A DNA stretch of 64,000 nucleotides from Eledone cirrhosa (Eukaryota): contig OZ024740.1 in NCBI GenBank assembly GCA_964016885.1, forward strand, positions 193,626,001-193,690,000, in the 5' to 3' direction. This document shows, one piece after another, positions 13,092 through 30,019 of this stretch; positions within the stretch are counted from its first letter, which is position 1; each line of letters begins with the position of its first letter. The translations under genes and the position numbers were made by a program. The notes under the pieces are model-generated. The model made no database searches, was not told the DNA's origin, and was given only the letters and a program-made list of their open reading frames with translations.

Positions 13092-14846
13092 ACAGGGAGA
13101 AAGAGACGATTATGAGGAAGAACATTTTTTTTTTTTTCCTTTTGTTGTTTCTCTCTCTCTTTTTTCTGGGTTGGAAAATGATTAAAACGAAATGTTTTAC
13201 TTTGTGTGAAGTGTTCAGGTATTAGTTCATGTATTTATCATTTAACAATGGCAGTTATGGATCCATTTATATATTTAATTATTGTCTATTACCGGTTTCA
13301 GCATTTATATGATAGTGAAATGTATTAGTGTCGTGTCGCACATGTTAAACAGAAGGAGCAGATAGAATAATGTTATTTACAAACAAGGTTTAAGAAGTGA
13401 AAAGAAAAACGAAAAAGGAAAAACACGTGCATAATGTGGAATGTAAAAAGTCAATGTGGAAGAGAAAATAATGTTATTTACAAACACAGTCATTGAAGTT
13501 AAGCAGATCAAAATGTGTTAATATAGCAAGACTGCTTAGTTGACCCATGGGTCCGTGATGGAGGCAAATGGTGGACTGAGGTTTCATATGATTTCCCTTT
13601 TTAGAGAGTAAATATGCAGGGGGAAGCAATTCTTGCTGGGTGATATTTAATTTATTTAAGAAAAGGAATTATTAGGTAGGGTGTGACGGAGGTAACTCTT
13701 GTAAATGTTTGATGGTTTGTTGCAGCTTTAGATTGGTCTAATTTTAATAGCATTGAGTAGTGGTTGAAATTTATTAATGAAATATGTTTCCTTATTGTTA
13801 TGTTGGATGAAAATAGCGTTGTCTATGAATTTGTAAATGGGGAACATTTTAAAGTTTGGATATTGGTTGAGAGCACAATTGGCGATATGTTCACTAAATG
13901 CAATCTTTCTGTATTCCTGTATTATAATTTGTGTTGACGGAGGCTGTTTTTGGTTGTCCTATATACTGCTCTTGACAACCTGAGCAGGTCAAATCATAGA
14001 TAAGGTTTTCAGATGCACATGTAAAGTTGTGTTTAACTGTGAAACGTTGTCCTTGTTTAAAATGGAATGTTGAACCTTCTATTAGATTTATGCATATGCC
14101 ACAGTTGGGGCTTCCGCATTTTGTTACTGTAGGGTTCATTGTGATAGGGTGTTGTATTTTGGCTTGTGTGAGAATGTTTTTTATGGATTTGGGTTGTCTT
14201 TTGCTCTTTATGATGTTGTGTGTTTGGAGGACATTGTTCATTATTGGGTCTCTTTTTAGTAAAGGAATGTTCTGGAGGACTGTGTCGAATGGTTCAACTA
14301 AGCAGTCTTGCTATATTAACACATTTTGATCAGCTTAACTTCAATGACTGTGCTTGTAAATAACATTATTTTTTCTTCCACATTGACTTTTACGTTCCAC
14401 ATTATGCACGCTTTTTTTCCTTTTTCTGTTTTCTTTTCACTTCTTAAACCTTGTTTGTAAATATCATTGTTATTTCTGCACCTTCTGTTTAACATGTGCG
14501 ACACCACATTAATACATTTCACTATCATTTGATAATGCATATAAATGCTGAAACCGGTAATAGACAATAATTAAATATGTAAATAGATAAATAAATGCCA
14601 CTGTTAAATAATAAATAAATCAACACTTCTCACAAAGTAAAACATTTCGTTTTAATCATTTTCTAACCCAGAAAAAAGAGAGAGAGAAACAAAAATGGAA
14701 AAAAATATATTTTTCTTCCTCATAATCGTCTCTTTCTCCCTGTTTTCATATATATATATATTGGAAAAATGTGTGAAATCCTTGGTACCGTAAGGTACAT
14801 TTGACAAAAGGAAAAGAATGACTTCACTTGTAGTTCTAAACAATTT
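12905..14846 (-). mobile_element. 5'-truncated Neptune-like PLE with ~550-bp inverted termini
   Basis: 12905-13548 is the reverse complement of 14289-14846. The internal - strand reads IIKSKRQPKS..KCGSPNCGIC..FTCASENLIYDLTCSGCQEQYIGQ (Cys linker plus GIY-YIG), homologous to 32716-33226. Confidence 0.9.
14522..14563 (+). ncRNA. Hammerhead ribozyme with U3:A8 core variant
   Basis: ctatcat-TTGATAA-t-GCAT(ataa)ATGC-t-GAAA-CCGG-TA-atag. The partner copy (~13285-13315, -) has lost the core by a 12-bp deletion. Confidence 0.6.
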
Positions 14847-15221
14847 GATTTAATTTTATAATATTATAATTTGGTAGATCTAGAAAACCAAATTTTAAAA
14901 TTATAACATTATATAATTAAATTAAATTGTTTAAACAACAAGTGGAGTCATACTTTTCCTTTTTTAAAATATACTTAACTGTATTGTTAAGGGATACACT
15001 AATGATTTGAAGATGTACAGTTTCTTGGTATTCCGTGTAAATGTCTAATAAGGGGGTAACTTGTCGAGACCGACGATTCAATATATGGTTACAAAAGTTC
15101 CTATTACTACACAGACACACAGATTCACACACACATAGTCATTCGCACACACACACACACATACACACACAGACACCCACACACATAGACATTCACACAC
15201 ACGTGTGTATATCTTTCTCTC

Positions 15222-15322
<101 letters not shown>

Positions 15323-15786
15323 ACATTCCGAGATAAGCAATGATCTCAATCATTGTGTTTATTTATGACTTACAAATATTTTCGCGGTTGTGTTAGTTTG
15401 ATTCCGTGGTCATAATATAAGAAAATATAACTATCAAAAATATACTATTCTGAATTACAAACAAACAAAATAAATGCAATCTGATAAATATAAAGAAAGT
15501 ACTGAAAGGAACAATTGTATGAATTAAGAATGACCCTTCTACGTCATAGAGACGACTATGTTTATGTATTTATGGATGCTTCAGAGGACATTTTGAGGAA
15601 TAAATCGTTCCTGAGAGATAATAAAAGAGAATTGTTGGAGAGATCAGAGAATGTCTTTATGTATCTGAAATGCAAAGAACTATTTGATATTTTTTAATAT
15701 AATATATAATCTACAAATACTTTAGGTTGCTGGCAGCCGATGTGATAAGCAGCGATTTCCGTAAAAAGCATGGGAGATGAGTGTAG

Positions 15787-15876
<90 letters not shown>

Positions 15877-15888
15877 GTATATATATAC

Positions 15889-15920
<32 letters not shown>

Positions 15921-15991
15921 GTATATATATACGTATATAATGAAAGAATGAAGAGAAACATGGTTGGCTGTACAAAAACGATAACTTGTTA

Positions 15992-16112
<121 letters not shown>

Positions 16113-16192
16113 CATATATATACTGTATATATATATATGCATATATGTATATATATATGTATATATATATGTATATATATATATACATATAG

Positions 16193-16263
<71 letters not shown>

Positions 16264-16270
16264 TGTATAC

Positions 16271-18412
<2,142 letters not shown>

Positions 18413-18656
18413 TACCTCACAGCGAGATTTTTTTCAAATTGCGAAGGATATCATGGACGCTGATTGTCGTTACTTATGGAAAATTCTATGTACCTAAAAT
18501 AGTAAAGTAAAATATACTGCGGAATGGTTAACTGGCAAAAATATTTCTATGATTTCCAATATATCATATCATTCCCTCTTAAATATCCGTCCTGCTAAAA
18601 TATATATATATATATATATATATTTATACATACTTATTTATATATATATATATATA

Positions 18657-18841
<185 letters not shown>

Positions 18842-18854
18842 AAGAGAGAGAGAT

Positions 18855-18902
<48 letters not shown>

Positions 18903-18933
18903 GTAGATATGAATTTATTATATCAGCATAACA

Positions 18934-19139
18934 GGCAGTGGATTGACAGTATCGGTAGAAGGTCGGACGCCCTGCTTTGCAGCATAGAGTTACGGCCCTT
19001 TATGATCTGAGTTCCAATCCCGCCCAGGTTAACTTTGCCTTTCATCCCTACGGGGTCGATAAAATAATGTACCAGGCTCTGGGTCGATTTAATCGACTTT
19101 CCCCTCCCCCGTAATTGCTGTCCTTGTATATAATTAACC
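18934..19139 (+). mobile_element. tRNA-derived SINE (Meta-domain-like)
   Basis: A box TGACAGTATCGG, B box GTTCCAATCC, then GCCTTTCATCC..GGGGTCGATAAAAT; 17-bp TSD attatatca(g/a)cataaca. Confidence 0.9.
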
Positions 19140-20410
19140 ATTATATCAACATAACATATTCCTTGTATACATATGGTGGACGAAAAGTTACAACCTGTAT
19201 ATATTTACCAACGTCATTACAGTTGTGAAAAGAATTACGTTTAAGTTGGGATTAAAAAGTGGATCATACTTATTTCACCGCCGATTTTGCCTTTTGGCAG
19301 TGCTGCAATGGATACACATCAGATTGTTTTCAATATATTTATATCACACTGCTACACAATTCTGTTACATTGCGGATTTGTGAGAATGGCGAATATTTAA
19401 AATATTTTCAGTGATATTTGATCGTCGAAAATTACATTTTACTTACAATACTGAAATTAATGTGGATATTTCAACAACAATTTGATGCAAAGTGTACAAA
19501 CACATTCATAAAAAAGCTATTATGTAATTATAAACTACAGGAAGTTATTTTAAAAAAGCTAGATATTTCTACATCAAAGTCTAAAGTTAATATCAAAATG
19601 TCGCTTCTACTATTGTTAACCCTAAGGTAAATTTGATTGAATATACACAGGCTAAAATACTTTCCTCTCATAAGGCATAATGTATTTAGAACTACACCTT
19701 TTACAAATGATATTTCCTTTTATAATTTGGCAAGGGTGTGATGTTATTTGAAGAACATATGGTTGCTATTTAGAGCATGTTGATAACATGTACTGCATTA
19801 CTGGTTGGATCGGTAAACGTTTATTGGAAATAAATAATGGTGTCAACCCTCTATTCTACATTGGTGGCAAAGCCCCACATATACTACTTTTAGGGTGATT
19901 GATTGCAGCAATATACTCGTATATTCACGATCTACGAAAGTCAATTGGTTTTAATTTACCTAAATATTTAAAACTACTTAGTAACGATATTTTATTGGCC
20001 ACTCCGGCAAATTTACTAATACGTAAAACAATAAAATCACGCTTTTGACAAGATTTTGTTTTCTGTTTTAACTTATTCAAATAACAATTACATTACTAGA
20101 AATTATTTTATCAACCCTCTTCTGGCTCAAAAACACAATTGAATAAGGTTTTACATTGAACTCAGAACTATGAGAGAAAGCAACAATATAATTTCTCCGG
20201 CCACAATGATACATTTCTTTGATATAACCACTAGTACCTATAACTCCATGTGTTCTAGGTTCAGTCATCGTTTAAAGAATAGTATGCACGAGATCATCGC
20301 CCTTTACTGACTAATTAATATATAATATATTATTTTATTCTGTGTTGGTTACTGAATGCCCTGATATTTTCATAATCATCTAATATTCTTTGTATTATAT
20401 TAGTACTTTA

Positions 20411-20589
20411 GTGGATTGGCAGTATCGGTAGAGGGTCGGACGCCATGCTTTCCAGCATAGTTACGTCCCTTTACGATCTGAGTTCAAATCCCGCCGAGGT
20501 TGACTTTGCCTTTCATCCTTACGGGGTCGATAAAATAAAGTACCAGTAATGCACTGAATATTGCTGGCCTTGTGCCTAACGAAAAAACA
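20411..20589 (+). mobile_element. tRNA-derived SINE, same family
   Basis: A box TGGCAGTATCGG, B box GTTCAAATCC; TSD attatatta(g/a)tacttta. Confidence 0.9.
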
Positions 20590-23500
20590 ATTATATTAAT
20601 ACTTTATCGATTTGGTTTTCAAACATAGGTTTTCTGGTGCGCTACCATTTACTAACTACATTAATATGAGTAGTTAGATAATGGGCAAACCATTACGCCT
20701 AAGATAACAACACAGAACAGGAGCTACAGCTGACCTTATTACAAATGACTTGGAATTCTGAGCTTCAGGAATATATTGACTATATACACCATACAAGCAC
20801 AAAAGTGTGTACAATTAGACACTGGTAGATTTATATATATTAACGCATATGATAAACTCTTGAATGACAAGAGATTATATTTCTCCACACACCCACAAAC
20901 CTCGTGATATATGCTTTCCATGTTGAACCTAATGTATTATCACGCAATTGTAAAAGTATTTAATCAATTGATTTAATGTTTAGACATTTATGACAGTTTC
21001 ATCTGTGAAGTAAAAATATTTGATTTAAGATGGTGTGACGTATATAATTAATATCTAATAGTATCCAAACAAAATTTAAATTTAAATGGGAAGTTGGCAT
21101 TATCTACTGAAAGTAATTATAGACTGTATAAAATAATTTAACTTAAAACAAGCATTCATTTCCTTCACGATGATTCAAATTTGCTCTGTTCGCTGAAAAT
21201 CACTTGGTGACTTCTGAATTCTATAATACTTGCTGACAAAGGCTTTTAGTTGACTAGATATGATACATAATCCCCAAGAAACCCATTAGGGGCGTTCTTA
21301 ATTATCCATAATGGAATAATAAAACTGGTTTCCATTCTGCTTTATAATTTCCTTCCAAAAACTAATGTGGATATAAATTCATGTTAGAACAATTTATAAA
21401 CTTTGGAATATTTTTACTTTATTCACTTAATTTAAGAATTTAAATCTTCTCTCAAATTAAGGTCCATAAATATTTTGTAGTGAATATGCGGAAGATTCAA
21501 TGCCTCAGCTACATACCTTACCTCATTTAGCTTTGTCTCTGTGTGTATTCATTTCAAATCTAGGGAATATTGACTTTGCTCTCATTCTTACTAATTGATA
21601 GATTCTGTAAAATGAATAAATTAGATTCTATCCAATCTACTATATAAGTCCCCGAGCGCAACCAGCATTGTAATAAATCAAATATCGATCCATGTTAATT
21701 GAATATGCTTGTAGGCTAAGAAAATCGTTCCGTGGGAAACAATGACATTCGCATTCAGATATAGACGCATTGATGCATGTATATTTATGTACAGACTGGA
21801 GAAAGCTGAAAGCTACTAAACTGATTGTTCTTAGTAAATATGTAGATCCAAACGTCAGTGTAACGCTAGCACACTAATTTATATGGCTATTTTAATTTCT
21901 TTCTGCCATTATAATGCTCACTGCCATTATTACCTGATTGTTTATGTTCGAAATATACATGCCATAAAACGCTCGGAGTTAATGAATACCCCATGTGTGA
22001 ATTACTTATTATGACAATAGTTCATACTTTCTGAAATATTACAAAACCGAGGCAAAGAGCTTATTAACAATACATGCATGTGTATCTCAAACAGGCGATG
22101 GAGATTTAATGCAGTTACATAATGATGTTTGAAACTAATATTAATTAAAGCAGTCAGAGGAATACAATTAATGTGGTAGTCCATGTTTTCTTTTCAAACG
22201 TCCTCGGACGTTTGTGGATTATAAATATTTACTTGAATTTATGTTTAGTGTAGACTCGCTAGAGTGGCAGCCGAAATATGCTGCCTCGTCTAGTAACGTT
22301 TCCTTCTAACTCTAAATTTAAACACTGCCTATGTTGAAATTTAATCATTGGGAGTAGCTGAAATATATAGCACAATCACTATGGAGAAAGTTGATAGGCT
22401 TTCTGAATGTGGCTCCTTTTATCAACTTACGCTATTTAACAGTCTCGTTATGCATTTATATATTTTCTAATTCACAGTTTTGATTTATTAGTTGTAAATT
22501 CAAAACAAATACAACAGCCAATTTTATTCATTTGTTTTCCAGACCAAATAAGCTATGTTAGGCTTTAATGTTTCCATTATATAATTATAAATGTAACCTT
22601 TGGTCTAACCAATAAAGCTGCAACAATTATCGCTAATATAGATGTTATGTTTTATGGTTTTGTTCATACATCTTCAAATTAATATTTAATAAGAAAATTA
22701 TCAAACTTTTAATTAAAGGAAGATGATTAAATAATTTTAGTCGGATCAATAAACTTGAAACTTATTTATTGCGAAGAGAAAATACTATGAACATAAGTGG
22801 AATATTTTTCAAGGAATTTATGAAAAAATGAAATAAATATTTTCTGTAAATAATTTAGTTACATAATTGTATAATTGGTTTCAAGTTCAACGTTACAACA
22901 TAAGAAAATATTAGAATGATTAAAAGCTACATATTATTTTAATAATGTCCATAAGAGTAATAATATTTACGATGTAACTCAGGATAGTAATCAAATTGAT
23001 TGCCTTTCACCAACGATTAAAAAACAAAACGTAAACGTCGATAGACATACTCAACATGTAGCGACAGTTTACATTGTACGCAGTAAATATAAAGAAGCAA
23101 AAACTGATTTAGTATATCACATGATCTGTATTCGCGTACCTCCATATTTGCGTAGGGGAATTTTCGGCACATACTGAAATGATCACTAAGGTTTTACAGT
23201 TAAGTGGCGTTTTCAGGTTTGGTGCTTAATATTTTCTTGGGGGAAAGACAATGTCAATATACTTGGATATTTGCGTTAAAGCCATCCGACGTTCGCAGGG
23301 AAATTATCTACATAATGATATGCTGATATTTGATAGAAGCACAAGGTGAGGTGTTAGGATAAATATATTCAGGTATATCAGCACAAATACTTCGCTATTA
23401 ATTGCTTATGAACTTCGGAAGAATGAATGACAAATCATCTCCCACAGAATTTGAACGTAGAAGGTACCGGGAGGTAGCTACTTTTTTCTCAGGGACCCTA

Positions 23501-25066
23501 TTAATTAGTTTGGCTGTTGCCCTTCCATACGTTAACAAGGTGTGGAAAGGTACGTAATCAAAACAATGGTATGTTTTGTTCAAACAATCTTTTTTTCTTA
23601 AATGCTATTATTTTATAACTTTCTGCGCGATGGTCTGTCTGTAAATATACTTTTACAGATTGATATCGATCGCGCATTGTCGATACTGCGTTTCACCTGT
23701 TTGCGGAGGAAACAAGTTAATAACTAATAATTGCTACTACAGCAATTAAGTTCATTTTAAACATATGTCTTGTCTTAGTCTTTTGGAAGAAGCCATTAAA
23801 GATTTAAAAGGGAAAGTTAGTATTTAAATATTTATTATGGGGAAGCCGTTGAATGTTTAGATAATATTTTTTAGATAGCGTAAATATTTAAGTTATGTAT
23901 GTTGAGAAGGAAACTGTGAATTCGTGTGGCTTCTTATATTTTTTAGAATATTAAGAGATCCAGAAATAACAGGAAGTTTGTGGATATAATTTTTAACGCA
24001 CATTAGTGATAAACTAGTTTCAATGAAATGTTCCATATCATATGATCTCAATTACAACGTATGATGGAGTTCATAAGCAAGAAATTAGAGCCGAACATAA
24101 CCGGAAACTATTTTGCTCTGTTCATTGATTACTTACATAGTGCAAAGTGAAATCTGATAAAGTTACCGCGTGTTACAATTAATCTGTTCAATTTAATACA
24201 CTGAAATAACATTCTTTAAACCATGAATTTGCACGTAAGCAGTTCTAAAGTAGCACGTTCTCTTTTGATTCAGTTAACTTAAAGAAATTAAGACATTTCC
24301 AAGAAACGTATGTTAAACGCACATGTTTCCCTATGTGATTCTTTATAGTCATTAATCGATTTAACGCAACTAAAAACAAGAAATATTTATCAGCAAACAC
24401 AGCATTCCTAATACTGGAACAAAATTCGTAAATATATTAATTTTAAAATTATTTGACAGAATTCGTTTAACTTATACTGCTTTGAATAGATAACATAAAA
24501 TAATCATATACTCTTCGAAAATTGGAGAAAAAGAAACCATAAGTTGACGATGACGAATACACCGCAAATGATTTCCATTAAGTGCTATTCAATATTCCTG
24601 AATGCTGTTAGTTAGCCACTGGGAATAGACATGTATAATTCAGTGAAACAGAAATGAAAATCGTATTGATCAGCCTTTAAAATATAGATTTTAACAATTG
24701 CATCTGATTCTAAAGACAGATATGAAAGGAAGATGCGCTCGTAGAAAGTCAAAGTCACTAGTCTACATCATAGCAGCATATATTAAATGAATGTATAAAC
24801 AAAATGATCTACAAATCAGTAAATATCAAGATCTTGCAATTACTAATACCAGACATATACCTAGAATATTGCTAGTGAAGTTTCAGTAAGATCTGTCAAC
24901 TATACATTTACAATAATGGCGACTTAGGAAAGTAGATTGAGAACCCTTACACGGATATGTGTTTAATATAGAGAGTGAATATCTTACAACAACTGGTGTT
25001 TGTTTAACTTCTTTTTCCTCTCCGTTTCCTATTCCTGCTCTCCTCTTTCTCCCACTTATGTTTCAA

Positions 25067-25076
25067 CTTCTTCTTC

Positions 25077-25118
<42 letters not shown>

Positions 25119-25257
25119 TGCTTCTTCTTCTTCTTCTTCTTATTATTATTATTATAATTCTTCTTCTTCTTCTTCTTCTTCTTCTTCTTCTTCTTCTTCT
25201 TCTTCTTCTTCTTCTTCTTCTTCTTCTTCTCCGTCGTCGTTGTCGTCACCGTCGTCT
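25067..25257. repeat. Compound (TTA)n/(TTC)n/(GTC)n triplet repeat
   Basis: Direct repeat. Confidence 0.95.
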
Positions 25258-26194
25258 TTTTTTCTTCACCATGTTTCTCACTAACTGCCCCATTCTCTGT
25301 TACTTTCTCGATCACTATTTCTCTGAAATTCTTTTTTTATCAACTTACTCTTAGTCATCTGGTGTAAAAATATATCAAGGCATTTTTGAGAAATTTGAAA
25401 ACTTCTAACTCATGTTTGTTTCGGATATAATGGACATGAGCAGTGATACATATATCAAGCGAGGGACGAGGATTTCAAACGTGTATTTTCACAGAAGAAT
25501 GTATTAATCAGAAACCGAGATTTTAACAAATGTTATATATATTCAAGCCAAGATATGATTTGGTTCATTGCAAAGGGTATTTTACATGAACCCTCTTTTT
25601 TAATCGGTGCATTAAATTCCAATGATATAAAATTAGTGAATAATTGCAATGTTGAGAATATAAATATTATTTCACGTTGACCAATTGATTCATCTGGACG
25701 AAGAAACACATCGGATGTCAGTGGATCCAAGCAATATTTTTCATTGTCTCGGACGATATCTGTGGCTAGAACTGGGTAGGCATGTATGAACGGGAAAGTA
25801 CCATTCTGCATCATACCATATATCGAGTACTACTCTGATTTCTGACCTGACTTCGCCGATCACAGAACAGCAGACTATCACTATATATATAAATAAATAT
25901 ATTTTTTCTCCTACATTTGATTTTATACCTAATTGTGTATGGTTGACGATATATTTAATCGATTTCCACGTGCTATTAGAAATGCTGGGCAAATATTCTG
26001 GGTAAATATTCTATAGCTGTTGATCGCGAATAGATAGCTGTCGTGTATTTATCTATTATTTCTTCATAGGTGTCTTTTAATCTTATAGCCTTGTTTAATT
26101 GTTTTGTTTTTTTTGTGTGGTTGATTATGCTGATTGAGAGAGGAAATAATGTATATATTTTATCAAATAATTCTATGGACATACTTTATTGTAA

Positions 26195-26333
<139 letters not shown>

Positions 26334-26462
26334 TGTGTGTATGTCTGTGTGCCTGTGTGTCTGTGTGTGGGTGTTTTAATTATTTCCGTAGAAAATGTAA
26401 AGGAGAGTGCTCTATCTATAATAATTATATTTATATATATATATATATATATAAATATATTC

Positions 26463-27322
26463 ATTCTCGTGTAGCACCCATTCATCATCTGAGTGAGTTT
26501 CTTGGTCAGTGTCCAAGTCTCAGACCCGTACAGCAGCACAGACTCCACTACACCAATGAAGAGACGGATCTTCAGGTCTTTACGAAGGTCCGACTTCCAC
26601 ACCGATCTTAAACTGTGGCACGCCGCCCAGGCTTTGCTATTCTTCTGACCACACCATCTTCTATATACCCGAACTTTGCTCCCAGATACAGGAAGTCCTC
26701 GACCAATTCTAGCGGCTTCCCGCCTGCATTAGTTATCTTCTCTGGCCTCTTAATATTCTCTACCAGATATTTCGTCTTAATCTCATTCATTATCAGCTCC
26801 ACACTCATCGACACAGTCTCCACCTCTTTCATCAACTCCTCTGCCTCCATCACTGTGTTTGTCACCAGAACTACGTCATCGGCAAATTCAGCATCCGATA
26901 TCGTTTTCGCCTTAACTCTCCTGCTCTGAGCCAGTGTTACATTAAAGTCAGAGTCCTGGTGTTTCTCAGCGCATGGCGCATACAATAGTCCACTGTTGAG
27001 GATGGCTCTGAACATTAATCAGTATACACTGAGGATGAAGAACTCAGATATGTACGGGAGCCTCCCAAATGTCAGCTCGAGAGTAGCACAGAGGAGACTG
27101 AGGTTAGCTGGACATGCTCACCGACAAAGTTGACATTGCACTCAGTGCTCCTATGGGAGCCCCTTCATGGACACACTGGTAGAGGGAGACCGAGTTTGAC
27201 ATATGTTGATGCCTTAAGAACAGACACTGGTCTCTTGGAGACGCAGAACATGGCAGTGATGATGGGAGAGCGCTGGAGAGAACTCGTCCATGGTCCACTG
27301 GAATTTTACGCGCCCTAGATTG
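26463..27322. mobile_element. 5'-truncated RTE-like LINE with 5' inversion
   Basis: - strand 26994->26463 reads FADDVVL..KTKYL..VEDFLYLGA..VLLYGSETW..CYTRM. + strand from ~26995 reads LRMALNINQY..RRLRLAGH..GRGRP..W. Flanked by (AT)n. Confidence 0.85.
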
Positions 27323-28542
27323 ATATATATATACCATTTATGTTAGGTTATTTACCAATGGGTAGAACTGATGTTTCAGACGGGTTGGTAAACGATGATG
27401 CAACAAATTATTGAAGGTACTAAATGCTCTGCAAATCATCTATCGTGAATGTGGTATCCAGCGGATGGTTCAGGAACAGTGTAATGTATTCATTAAAACA
27501 ACAACTGAAGGTCGTACTGGAAAGTTTCAATACAGAAATTTAATTCCACGGAAGCACTATACATATTTCAAAGGTCCAGCACTATCATCCGATTATGATG
27601 CAAGACAAGGTGAAGCCACACAGAGAATAGAAAATAGGAGATGGAGAAAATGAGAAAATTCGATTCGGGGACAGCCTACAAATATGGTGTTATTTCTATA
27701 GCAGACGGTCCCCGAATGACAATTGATGCCAGCTTTGTATATATATACTGTCTGGACGTATGCTCTCCTGTTTCCAGTTGTAAGACATGTTATTGTTACT
27801 TTCACATGTACTTGCGTTGTGTTCCTTGTCGAAACATTTACATATCTCACCCTATCATCATGATAATATGTTGTCTCATATACATATTTACGCCGGGTTG
27901 TCCTACGGCGTCGTGCAGGCTGAGATTAATACCAAGGTTTAGCACGAAATTGCATTGCCCACAGAATAGTTGATGAGGAATATAGTTTTTATTCTCGTTC
28001 GCCCCACGCATTTCGTTTTTATCTTTACGTGTTCAAATGTGTTGTGTATATGCGTGTTTGTGCGTAATTGTTGTTGATATGATGGAGGGATATTATGCTT
28101 ATGACCAATTCTTATGATTCGTCATTTGTAATGCTATCTTGATTCGTTAATTACTATGTGGTACATTTTGTTACAGTAGTTCTAGTGAAGCACAGAGAAT
28201 CGAATCATAATATAAGTCATTTACGCCAACAATTAACTGATTGTCCATTATGTGGAACATTGGCTTCTTAATTAGGTGTAAAGCACGTTTCGTAGACTAG
28301 AATTAGTCAATTAAGTTAACATTGTGTGTTGCTGTTAGTTATAGTGTAGAGCCTGTTTGTATTAACCATGACAGTTAAATAATATAGCAAGGGATTAAAA
28401 CTCATACATATGCTATGGAGATCCAGGCGATGTGTTATATTATTCATTCCGCTATGATTAATATAAGTATAAATATTAATTACAATTTTGTTTATTAGCA
28501 GTAGCACCAGCATAGCTTGGTTCAATATATGAAAGCCTATAT

Positions 28543-28605
<63 letters not shown>

Positions 28606-28679
28606 TTAAAGAAAAAGAGATTAAATCGAAAATGCAACTGGAGTCTTATTTAAAATATATATATATATTTATTTGGTTC

Positions 28680-28715
28680 CTTTACCGGTTTCGGAGTTCT
28701 TCTGCATTTCAAAAG
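28680..28715 (-). ncRNA. Hammerhead ribozyme, decayed partner copy
   Basis: ctt-TTGAAAT-gcag(aagaa)ctcc-GAAA-CCGG-TA-aag. Confidence 0.5.
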
Positions 28716-30019
28716 TAGAGTTGAGATGGGGGGTCTGTGGTTTTTCTCACATCTGGTTGGTCTTTGAATGTTGCTTGTTTCATATGGAAAAAAGTGCCTC
28801 GAAACGCCAGGTTTTTAGAGAAGTAATAATAAATTTTTAGAGAAGTATAATAAATTTCACGCCAGTTCGCGTTAGAAAGTTCTTCAAACAATGGGGGTGG
28901 GGTGAGAGACTCAAATTGTTTTTTCATATATGAGTGTTTGAATTTCATTTTACTTTAAAAAAGTGGCTCACGAAGGCTGTTTTTTTATAAATGTAATTTG
29001 ATTGGTTATAAATGAAATTATCGCTCTCACGTGAACAAGTTCATTAAATCTTGCGCCCGTATTTGATATTTATTTTGTAGCCTTTTATAGAATTTTATGA
29101 CAAACAAAAGATAATGGTCAAGAGAAATGGAATGGGAGAATTGTTCTGGTTCAGTGAATATAGCAGGTTGTTTTTTCATATATGAGTGAAGTTTTGTTGG
29201 TTGATATAGTCACGTGAATAAATATATCAGCTTTCGCGTTAGTTTGTTTGAATTTCTTTTTACTTTAAAAAAAGTGGCTCACGAAGGCTTTTTTTAAATA
29301 AATATGATTTGATTGGTTATAAATGAAATTATGACTGTCACGTGAATAAGTTCATTAAATTTCGCGCCCGTATTTGATATTTATTTCGTAGCCTTTTAAA
29401 GAATTTTATGACAAGCAAGAGCTAATGGTCAAGAGAATTGGGATGGGAGAATTGTTCTGGTTCAGTGAATATGGTTGGTTCACTGGGGTGTCAGAATTCA
29501 GATTTACTATTGAAATAAAGAAAGTAAAGCTATGTATGTTTATTTGTGTACTTGTGTGTTTGTGTGTGTGTGTGTGTGTGTAGGAAGATGATTCTATTAG
29601 TAGAAATGGGGGAGGAATTTGTGTGTGTGTGTATATGGGTGGTTTGTGTGTGTGTGTGTGGGAGTATTTTAAGATGGAGAGAATATATATATTTTGTGAG
29701 TGTGTATATGTGTGTAGGAAAGTGATTCTATTAGTAGAAATGGGGGAGGGAGTTGTGTGTGTGTGGGGGGGGGTTATGTGTGTGGATGGGTGTTATGTGT
29801 ATGTGGGAGTATTGTTAGCATGTTAAGATGAAGAGAATATATATATATTGTGTGTGTAGGAAAATGATTCCATTAGTAGGAATATTTTTGAATGAACATA
29901 TTTTCCTTACTTATTCGTATTTGTTGCGTTGTATTGTAAGCGCAAACGTATGTTAAGTTTTATTTAGTTCGGGTTTTTATTTTCTAAAGTAGAAGGTGTT
30001 ATGTGTGTGTGTGCCTGTT

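Noticed and set aside
14800-14846. TTGACAA..AAACAATT at the PLE extreme end
   Set aside because: The GAAA box and UH site are missing in both copies.
18934-19030. tRNA-like A/B boxes (also at 8.0, 20.4, 43.3 and 52.5 kb)
   Set aside because: These are SINE heads with SINE bodies, most with TSDs, and have no complete cloverleaf.
25533-26182. Short - strand ORFs with a faint cadherin-like look (VLATD..LDPLTSDVFL)
   Set aside because: They lack DxNDN, DxD and LDRE motifs, the frames are discontinuous and there is no splice support.
27340-27980. Higher-complexity block with 80-110 aa ORFs
   Set aside because: No recognisable domain; probably decayed TE sequence but unassignable by eye.
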